A stretch of DNA of 51,311 bases. Source: a virus (taxonomy: Duplodnaviria; Caudoviricetes). Where the stretch lies: IMG/VR virus record IMGVR_UViG_3300027861_000004, positions 1 through 51,311 of that record; one strand, 5' to 3'. The notes beneath the pieces were generated by a model. That model made no database searches. It was given only the letters and a program-made list of their open reading frames with translations, and was not told where the DNA came from. Shown here one piece after another: positions 16,657 through 23,495 of this stretch. Position 1 is the stretch's first letter, and the number at the start of each line of letters is the position of its first letter. The position numbers and the translations under genes are program-made.

Positions 16657-16950
16657 AATACACCTCCTTTCCTGTATTAACAATATCGGATAGGTGCTTT
16701 CTGCAAAACACTAACGTCAACAGGGTCATGTGGAAACATCACATTGTCAAGCCCCTAGCTATGGCCAGTACCACTATCCATGAGGTCCAAGAGTCCTTCT
16801 TGCACTCTCGCTTATACGTAACCCCATTCTTCTACTTAATCCGTAATTGATGACTCACTGAACAGGGAACGCAGGGTACTCGCTTGTCCCGGGGTGCAAG
16901 CCAGCCATGTCGATGTGTCTCAGCCTTGAGCCATTGTCATACGTCTTAAG

Positions 16951-17910
16951 CTATCCGAATATCTTGTCAATGATGCTTGTCACATACATTGAATCTATCT
17001 TAAAGTCTGGGTCTTTCTCCAGCCTGTCCTTGCAATAAGTAATTATCTGATTGAAGTAGGCCGCATCAACACCCGTAAGCTGATCCTGCAGTACAGTGAG
17101 GTCAGTAAGGTCCAGGTCAGACAACTGCATACACATCTTGAGTATCTGTCCGGCATTGATATACCAACCTCGTTTGATAAACTTTCGCATCCTGATTATT
17201 GAGCATAACGGATACAAAGATCCTGTGTACTGCAGGTTCTTAGTCACAAGACTTTCAAGGGCTGCTGCATTAAGTACAAGTTTACCAGTTCCGTGAATTT
17301 TAGGGTTTGTTTCTGGCAACCAGTAATTCGTACAATGCACGTAGTCATAGTTCTTATGAACTTCTTCAGGACTGCCGTAGAACCTGATGACGATCTGAAC
17401 GCTATTGCTCAAGGTTATAGCGTTTGATGATAAGAAGATAGGACGATAGTTTTCGCCTTTTTCTTTTAGCATCTCTGCGACAGGTTGTTCGTCTGCTTTA
17501 TCGATAGTCTTGACAAGATCGTCAACGTATGTTGCACCTTGACTTTCTTCAACCTGTTCAAAGTATCTGTATCCACCAGCTTCAGACTCACTAACGACAC
17601 CCTTAGATTTGATATAAATATCAACTCTTTTGGTTTTAGTGTCGAATCTTGCCAGTGGCTTAATCTCAGTTTTAGGATGAAGCCTGTTAAATTCATTGCA
17701 GTAGTAATGTGCTACTGCCCTTGCAGTCTCTATGTTAGTGACATAATAATCATAGTCATTAACCTTTTGAGTCTCAAGCAAAGACGTTATAGCACCGCCT
17801 GTGACGAAAGAGTTTTTACGCATCAGTTCTCTTACGCTTTCGTCTTTGATTGACTGTATGAACTCATTATGTTTTCTTTGTAATGTCCTGCACGTTATCC
17901 TTCTGTTCAT
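16951..17910 (-). CDS. Pol-beta-superfamily nucleotidyltransferase-like phage protein
   Basis: FVTGGAITSLL...VNDYDYY (GG..DxD), YDYVHC, SIIRMRKFIKRGW. Confidence 0.72.
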   Translation of the reverse strand: MNRRITCRTLQRKHNEFIQSIKDESVRELMRKNSFVTGGAITSLLETQKVNDYDYYVTNIETARAVAHYYCNEFNRLHPKTEIKPLARFDTKTKRVDIYIKSKGVVSESEAGGYRYFEQVEESQGATYVDDLVKTIDKADEQPVAEMLKEKGENYRPIFLSSNAITLSNSVQIVIRFYGSPEEVHKNYDYVHCTNYWLPETNPKIHGTGKLVLNAAALESLVTKNLQYTGSLYPLCSIIRMRKFIKRGWYINAGQILKMCMQLSDLDLTDLTVLQDQLTGVDAAYFNQIITYCKDRLEKDPDFKIDSMYVTSIIDKIFG

Positions 17911-18160
17911 TTTCACGTTCCTTTTTTAAGAAATATCTAATAGCATTTAATTGTTTATCATACTCTTCATCGCTTAATGTTCTGCATTTTGTTTCTTTGG
18001 CCTGAGTACCTTTGTGTCTGTCTTTAATGCATACAAGGCATAGTCTGTCTCCGTGTGATCTCATGCCAAACCAAAACCATAATTGACCATCATACCAAAT
18101 CAACTCAGGATTTCTTTTCAGGAATAACATACTTTCTCTCCTTGCACCATTTTCTGACAT
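17867..18160 (-). CDS. Hypothetical protein
   Basis: Overlapping operon ORF; start uncertain. Confidence 0.55.
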   Translation of the reverse strand: MSENGARRESMLFLKRNPELIWYDGQLWFWFGMRSHGDRLCLVCIKDRHKGTQAKETKCRTLSDEEYDKQLNAIRYFLKKERENEQKDNVQDITKKT

Positions 18161-18470
18161 TTAGATTCATCTGATTTTGTGCTGCTGGTCCTCTATGATT
18201 TATAATCTTTACTATGGAAAGTAACTGAGTTATCATTTTATTCCCATATGTAGCAAGAGTAGCTTTCTTTGCTTGTAATTGTAATTCATCGTTAATGAGG
18301 TCGCAAAGAGCAATCGATATGATACATTCTTTTATTATTTCAGGAATATCATCATAACCCCCAAGTATAGCTCTTTCTACAAGAAGGTCACGTCCATAAT
18401 TCCTACCTGCCGGCATTAGATTATCTAACCATATAGCAACCCAAGTCTCATCTTCTTTAGATATTTTCAT
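18105..18470 (-). CDS. Hypothetical protein
   Basis: 121-aa operon ORF. Confidence 0.65.
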   Translation of the reverse strand: MKISKEDETWVAIWLDNLMPAGRNYGRDLLVERAILGGYDDIPEIIKECIISIALCDLINDELQLQAKKATLATYGNKMITQLLSIVKIINHRGPAAQNQMNLNVRKWCKERKYVIPEKKS

Positions 18471-18489
18471 TTTATTCCAATCAAGAAAG

Positions 18490-18555
18490 ATTCCGGCAGT
18501 GAGTCTGAGGCAGGAGGAGGAGGGAGGAGGAGAAACCCCAGTCCACTACCGGAAT
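18490..18555 (-). ncRNA. Stem-loop displaying tandem anti-Shine-Dalgarno CCUCC motifs
   Basis: Stem ATTCCGGTAGTG..CTGGGG / CCTCAG..CACTGCCGGAAT; loop TTTCTCCTCCTCCCTCCTCCTCCTG. Confidence 0.6.
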
Positions 18556-18560
18556 ATAGT

Positions 18561-18749
18561 TTATTTTATTTCAAATTCTATCTTTTCTATTGTGTTCTCC
18601 AAAACAAAATCAGATATTACTTCGAAATCATCTTTTTCTAATTGAATCAGAGAACGTCCAGCAGGCTTACATAGATGTGCTACTACTTTGCCTTTTTGCT
18701 CTGTCTTAGTGAGCTTAACGGTTGTCCCGATATCTGGTTTATGATTCAT
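18561..18749 (-). CDS. Small SH3/KOW-like hypothetical protein
   Basis: IGTTVKL....KGKVV pattern; coupled to the upstream stop. Confidence 0.6.
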   Translation of the reverse strand: MNHKPDIGTTVKLTKTEQKGKVVAHLCKPAGRSLIQLEKDDFEVISDFVLENTIEKIEFEIK

Positions 18750-19450
18750 CAGTTTGCCTCACTTGGTATAAATACATGCTCAGTAGCATGTGGACTGTAG
18801 TTATTCCATTCCTGACAGGATTTCAGATGGTCAAGAATCAATTCTTTCAGCTTATCTTCAACCCATTCCTGACCAATCATCCAGTCAAGGTATTTCCAAT
18901 CCTTGTGAACGGTGATAATATCACGTATCTCAATCCCTTTATATTTGCCAACAGTCATCCGTGTGTTGCTTGGAGTCTTAGGCTCAAGTCCTGCAGGCAA
19001 CAACCAAAAGAAAACATTCGGTGGCACCTGCAGGCTCAAAAGGAGTGAGTAAACTACTTCGTATTTCAACCGACCATTACCTATGCCGGGAAAATTCACA
19101 TTATAAGTACAATCCGGAGTCTTACGTGCTCTCTTAAAGAGCATGTGACATGAATATTTAATCAAGTCCAGATCAGCATCATCTTTAAAGAAATGCTTTA
19201 CTTGGAAAGCTCCAACTCTTTCAGCAGTAATAAACGTACCATACTGCTCGCCCATACGACCTATTATCTGCCCAAACTTCGCATCGATTCCAGGCATGAA
19301 GTCTCTAAGTTGTTTGGCAGCACCCCTACCCATCACCAATGCTCCATTTTTCTTAAGGAACGAATTGGTAGTTATCAGTGTGTAGGTTGACGGATTATTA
19401 AACTCACGCCATATATTTCCGTTTTTGACAAACTCACATACATCAGACAT
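18749..19450 (-). CDS. Macro-domain (ADP-ribose binding/hydrolase) protein with C-terminal DUF3820-like module
   Basis: GNIW, ITTNSF.KKNGALVMGRGAAKQ, FPGIGNGRL; C-terminal GKYKG.EI.DI....YLDW; start 19450 has a GGAG SD. Confidence 0.85.
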   Translation of the reverse strand: MSDVCEFVKNGNIWREFNNPSTYTLITTNSFLKKNGALVMGRGAAKQLRDFMPGIDAKFGQIIGRMGEQYGTFITAERVGAFQVKHFFKDDADLDLIKYSCHMLFKRARKTPDCTYNVNFPGIGNGRLKYEVVYSLLLSLQVPPNVFFWLLPAGLEPKTPSNTRMTVGKYKGIEIRDIITVHKDWKYLDWMIGQEWVEDKLKELILDHLKSCQEWNNYSPHATEHVFIPSEAN

Positions 19451-19485
19451 AATAAACACTCCCATATTTAAAAGTAATATAATAG

Positions 19486-19524
19486 AAAAACACCTGCAAC
19501 GCAAGTGCCTGCAGGTGTTTTTTT
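19486..19524. terminator. Bidirectional intrinsic terminator
   Basis: AAAAACACCTGCA/TGCAGGTGTTTTT. Confidence 0.8.
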
Positions 19525-19530
19525 ATTGAA

Positions 19531-19968
19531 TCAGACGTACCATTCTTTGTCAAGATAGCCAACTTCCATCTCAAGTGTGCTGATAATCTCGAAAGACGCA
19601 TCTTCATAATCATCAGACCCAGGAAGAGGTGATACTACCATAAGACCCTCAATTCCGCCCTCTACATGGGCTATTCTGTGGACAGCATCGCCATCCATGT
19701 ATCCGTAGGCCTCAACGGTCGCTTGGCTTATAGCCAGTGGTATTGCGTCCTTAGCATAGCCTATTCCGTTAAAGAACTCAGTGCATAGCTGGATAGCTTT
19801 AGTACGTTTCTTAGTCCGGAAGAAATTTCCTTTACCAAAGAACAAATCGTCTGCTGTCATTGTCAGTTTAGTTGACACAAGCTCAACGTAGGATCTGTCA
19901 GGCATCATTAGTTCGAGCCATTCTGAATTAAAGTATGGCATTACATATGGTTTCTCTGTAGTTATCAT
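19531..19968 (-). CDS. Hypothetical protein
   Basis: ATG with AGGAG SD. Confidence 0.75.
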   Translation of the reverse strand: MITTEKPYVMPYFNSEWLELMMPDRSYVELVSTKLTMTADDLFFGKGNFFRTKKRTKAIQLCTEFFNGIGYAKDAIPLAISQATVEAYGYMDGDAVHRIAHVEGGIEGLMVVSPLPGSDDYEDASFEIISTLEMEVGYLDKEWYV

Positions 19969-19998
19969 TATACACTCCTGAATAATAGTTAATAATTA

Positions 19999-20034
19999 GA
20001 AAGGGCTGCCTGTTGCGAGGCAGACAACCCTTTC
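19999..20034 (-). terminator. Hairpin/terminator
   Basis: GAAAGGG..CTGCCT / AGGCAG..CCCTTTC. Confidence 0.55.
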
Positions 20035-20042
20035 AGTGAGAG

Positions 20043-20711
20043 CTAGCTAACGCTCTTTAGTAGCTCGAGCTTACCCTCTTCGGCAAGTTTGTTGTAGCAC
20101 TTCTGTGCAGCTTCAGCGAGTACGTCACCGTGACAAGGTAACGGAGCACACCAGCAACCAAGCACCTTGCCATGCAGGTCTGCAACACGCGGAACCATCT
20201 TGTCCGGATGTTTCTCTATCATCTGGTACAGCCATTCTCTGTACTTCTGAATAGATTCGATACGTGACTGCAGGCTTTTATCACCGTCCTTAACAGTGAA
20301 CTGATTACCCCAGTTCGCACCATGATTCCCACGTCCGATGTAAACATCAAACCTGTGATTAGAACGATGCACGACCTTTGCTCTGATATTCAGAACACGT
20401 CTTGCCTCAATCACTGAGTTGTTGCGAGCGATTGCTTCAGCACGTTTGTCTGCCATAGCATCTTTACGTGTTGGACGGTCATCGCCAGGTAATCCTGTAT
20501 CTTCAGCGACTTCTTCTTTACGCTCAGTTTCTGCGACCTTGTACGCTTCAGCAGCAGCCTCAGCTTTCTTCAGGTCATCGAACTCGATAAACTCCAAGCT
20601 CATGCTCATACAACGTCTGATTTCTTTTGAATCGCCTTTGACACGATACACCATCGCAACTTTACCGAAACAAAACACAACTGCCACTGTATTATCCTTA
20701 AGATTCTTCAT
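20043..20711 (-). CDS. DUF4326-domain protein
   Basis: DVYIGRG...WGNQF...LHGKVLGCWCAPLPCHGDVL. Confidence 0.9.
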   Translation of the reverse strand: MKNLKDNTVAVVFCFGKVAMVYRVKGDSKEIRRCMSMSLEFIEFDDLKKAEAAAEAYKVAETERKEEVAEDTGLPGDDRPTRKDAMADKRAEAIARNNSVIEARRVLNIRAKVVHRSNHRFDVYIGRGNHGANWGNQFTVKDGDKSLQSRIESIQKYREWLYQMIEKHPDKMVPRVADLHGKVLGCWCAPLPCHGDVLAEAAQKCYNKLAEEGKLELLKSVS

Positions 20712-20768
20712 TGTGCCCTACTTTCTGCTCATTTGAGCAATTTAAAAAAAAATAATATATTTGAGAGT

Positions 20769-20803
20769 AAAAACTCCCTACGTGAAACGTTGGGGGGGTT
20801 TTT
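20769..20803. terminator. Hairpin/terminator
   Basis: AAAAACTCCCTACG-TGAAA-CGTTGGGGGGGTTTTT. Confidence 0.6.
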
Positions 20804-20851
20804 GCGTAAACTTACAAACACAACACAACATACAAAACATAAATGCTTTAT

Positions 20852-21037
20852 TCAGATGTTTATTTTCATTATACTCTTCTGAACCAATATCTTTGTCTTC
20901 TGCAAGTTTTTCTCTGCTCTGTATGCATATATCAGCAGTTTATTGCTAATGTTATTAGGTATCTGCCAGTCATGCTTACGGAGATATCTCTTTGCTCTGA
21001 CTCTTATCTTGCAGTCATGTTCTATTTTGACTCGCAT
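20852..21037 (-). CDS. Small basic hypothetical protein
   Basis: GAAAGGA SD before the ATG. Confidence 0.6.
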   Translation of the reverse strand: MRVKIEHDCKIRVRAKRYLRKHDWQIPNNISNKLLIYAYRAEKNLQKTKILVQKSIMKINI

Positions 21038-21163
21038 TGCCTGTTCCTTTCTGAGTATGAAGCCATAGTCCGGTTAATCTTCCTTGTGAGGCCAAAGTAT
21101 GTTTATACCTGCATACAGTCCAGCCCATATCGCTGATAATAGTCGTTTCATCCTATATCTCCA

Positions 21164-21403
21164 TTAAAAATCACATTCATTGTCCCAAGAGCCATTCTTA
21201 GGCTTAACAGTCAACAAGCCCAGGATCGCATCCTGTTTGGCTATAATCACCTCAAGGCTTGCTATGGCATCCTCAAACTGTTTAACTCCAATCGTCACCT
21301 TATCAGCATGACGTTTAGCGTTACCCAAGCATGACTTAGCATTCTTGATTGCTGTCTGCGATTTCTTTGCTGCTTTCTTGATTGCTTTCTGATTCACATG
21401 CAT
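21164..21403 (-). CDS. Small early hypothetical protein
   Basis: AAAGGAG SD; helical. Confidence 0.75.
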   Translation of the reverse strand: MHVNQKAIKKAAKKSQTAIKNAKSCLGNAKRHADKVTIGVKQFEDAIASLEVIIAKQDAILGLLTVKPKNGSWDNECDF

Positions 21404-21435
21404 AATACAACTCCTTTAAATTAACAATTAACATT

Positions 21436-21666
21436 TTATTCCAGAATAAGGTCTTCTATCAGCTGCCAGAAATGCACATCTATATCATAGCCAGAATAAG
21501 CCTCGACTAGCTTTGCGATGGCACGTACTGACGTTGCTCTTGTTATCTGATTCGCTAGACTAGTCAAATCAGATATCTTCAGCTCGTATCCAACTTCGCC
21601 ACACCCATCAATATCTTCTTCAATGGTCTCAATCATACATTCTTTCATTACATCCAATACCAACAT
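21436..21666 (-). CDS. Small acidic early protein
   Basis: GAAAGGTGTGT SD before ATG 21666. Confidence 0.7.
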   Translation of the reverse strand: MLVLDVMKECMIETIEEDIDGCGEVGYELKISDLTSLANQITRATSVRAIAKLVEAYSGYDIDVHFWQLIEDLILE

Positions 21667-21701
21667 AATACACACACCTTTCATAAAACATTATAATTAA
21701 A

Positions 21702-21741
21702 GAGCTACTTGCCCTACATAGCGTAGCGGGGCAAGTAACTC
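21702..21741 (-). repeat. Repeated intergenic hairpin, copy 1
   Basis: GAGCTACTTGCCC-TAC...GTAG-CG-GGGCAAGTAACTC (plus strand). Confidence 0.75.
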
Positions 21742-21751
21742 AACAGACACG

Positions 21752-21952
21752 CTAGTAACCAAGGATCTTACATCCATTGCCATCGTGGTCACATTCACCG
21801 TCACATGTCTCACAATATGGATACATGTCATCTTCACACGTATCGTCCGGTTCAAAGGGATATTCAGACGCATCACGCCATCCAAACCATCGTTTGACCT
21901 TATTCCATGCATTACCGATACTATACAGTCCATCAATTAGCCAAGGTTTCAT
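21752..21952 (-). CDS. Small acidic Cys-rich early protein
   Basis: AAGGAG SD; CETC...C....C. Confidence 0.65.
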   Translation of the reverse strand: MKPWLIDGLYSIGNAWNKVKRWFGWRDASEYPFEPDDTCEDDMYPYCETCDGECDHDGNGCKILGY

Positions 21953-22095
21953 GATACAATACTCCTTACAGTCTTAACACGTCTTGATTCAAGCCCACGT
22001 ACTACAGGCTTACGGTCAAGGTAATCATGATACATAGCCAGACACACTCCGGCTATAAAGCTGATACCAAGATACAACAATACTAGTTTAATCAT
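21949..22095 (-). CDS. Small membrane protein (48 aa, MIKLVLLYLGISFIAGVCLAMY...)
   Basis: Hand-translated; same SD leader as 21666; ATGA overlap with the next gene. Confidence 0.65.
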   Translation of the reverse strand: MIKLVLLYLGISFIAGVCLAMYHDYLDRKPVVRGLESRRVKTVRSIVS

Positions 22096-22129
22096 AACAC
22101 ACACCTTTCAAGTAACAATTAACATTAAA

Positions 22130-22164
22130 GAGCTATGCCCTACACTGTAGCAGGGCATAGACTC
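22130..22164 (-). repeat. Repeated intergenic hairpin, copy 2
   Basis: GAGCTATGCCC-TAC-ACT-GTAG-CA-GGGCATAGACTC. Confidence 0.75.
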
Positions 22165-22172
22165 GAGATACA

Positions 22173-22472
22173 CTAAAACGGTACATCGCTGAAATCATGA
22201 GTACCAACACGTGCTTTCTGCTTGCTACGATACACATCCTCAGCAATAGCCTCGTCCTGAATGTCATGGTACACACGACCCATGCACGGCTGACCATACG
22301 CATCGTCATACTCGTACAGGTCGTACAGGTCATAACTCGCTTCAAGCCCACCATCACACTTAGGACACACTGTGTAGTCATCACCACCAAAGGGACAACA
22401 ATGGTGTGCCAGGCTAGTCCCACATTCCGTACACTCACGCTCACATACATCATTCATGTCATCAAACATCAT
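22173..22472 (-). CDS. Acidic zinc-ribbon early protein
   Basis: CTECG...CPKCD; very acidic; GAAAGGA SD. Confidence 0.7.
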   Translation of the reverse strand: MMFDDMNDVCERECTECGTSLAHHCCPFGGDDYTVCPKCDGGLEASYDLYDLYEYDDAYGQPCMGRVYHDIQDEAIAEDVYRSKQKARVGTHDFSDVPF

Positions 22473-22491
22473 ACATTCCTTTCAGTTAAAA

Positions 22492-22527
22492 GTAATTACG
22501 CTCTACGTAAGTAGAGGGCGTAATTGC
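22492..22527 (-). repeat. Repeated intergenic hairpin, copy 3
   Basis: GTAATTACGCTC-TAC-GTAA-GTAG-A-GGGCGTAATTGC. Confidence 0.7.
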
Positions 22528-23055
22528 ATTGTTGTCAGCTTCGAGATCGCACCCAGAACCAACAACATAGAGAGAGAGATACAGAGAGAGTAGTATGATA
22601 ACAGTGATAACACATACAGATAGTACTAATGGCCTAAGAGTAGATAGAACGGTATTGCGGTTGTAACCTACCCACCTATTAGCACCTACGGTCAGCTAAG
22701 GTGATGTAACGACAGTGCCCCTCTTATCTAGAAACGGTTCTCGATTGACGGGGGTACGGTCTATATACATAAAACAACTTCATCACAGAGTCTTCACCAA
22801 ACCATTTCAAGCAAAAGACTAATACTATCTCCTTTAGTAGTAATCCTTTGCTATTTATGGTAGCTATGTATTGTGATAAGTGTTTATGTATGTTTTTCAT
22901 AATTCGTTATGATTTAGAATAGGGTCGAATTTTGAGTTTTTTAATTTCAAATTTTTTTTATATTGTCAAATCTATTGATTTTCGGTCCGGACTGGGTTTT
23001 TAGTGTAATAATGCGTATTTGCCCTGAGAACGCTCAGGATCGATTTTAAGACGTT

Positions 23056-23466
23056 TTACGGTATAGGAGAGTAAATGCTCACACCATACGGCTTATTTGC
23101 AGCCTTGGTGCTGTTACTGCTCGAAAAATAGCCTTTATTGCTGTCATATATGGAATACTTGACTGCTGTTGGTTTCTCGAGTTTAGCGTTTGTATGCTTT
23201 TCGTGTTGACTTGCGTTCATCAACGTTAATATTATGGCGATCATCGAAACGATAACGCCTATTGCTCCACCCAGGAAAGCATAGGCACGTGCTACTTTGT
23301 CAGACATTGCCTGTGTGGGTCTGAATATGAGGTCATCACGAATAACCCTAATATCCTCTTTGACTTCTGCAAGATCGTTAGACACGTCCTGCTTGAAATT
23401 GTCGAGATGATCCTTGATATTTGTTATATCAGTCATGTTTTGAGTTCCTAATGCACATTTTTCCAT
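23056..23466 (-). CDS. Coiled coil + single TM protein (holin-like candidate)
   Basis: AGGAG SD before ATG 23466; TM AYAFLGGAIGVIVSMIAIILTLM; last gene of the late operon. Confidence 0.55.
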   Translation of the reverse strand: MEKCALGTQNMTDITNIKDHLDNFKQDVSNDLAEVKEDIRVIRDDLIFRPTQAMSDKVARAYAFLGGAIGVIVSMIAIILTLMNASQHEKHTNAKLEKPTAVKYSIYDSNKGYFSSSNSTKAANKPYGVSIYSPIP

Positions 23467-23495
23467 TTTTTGCTCCTGAAACAGTGTTGTTATTA

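Larger units (their letters stand above)
16389..16931 (-). ncRNA. Large (~545 nt) structured non-coding RNA candidate
   Basis: No long ORF in a gene-dense genome. Ends pair (11-bp perfect inverted repeat 16389-16399/16921-16931, extendable). Nested helices 16901-16908/16761-16768 and 16894-16900/16799-16805. Confidence 0.55.

Noticed and set aside
20782-20790. GTGAAACGT as another site of the antisense system
   Set aside because: Only 9 nt, within a self-contained hairpin; plausible by chance.
21702-22527. Integron attC sites
   Set aside because: No RYYYAAC/GTTRRRY boxes and no integrase in the genome.
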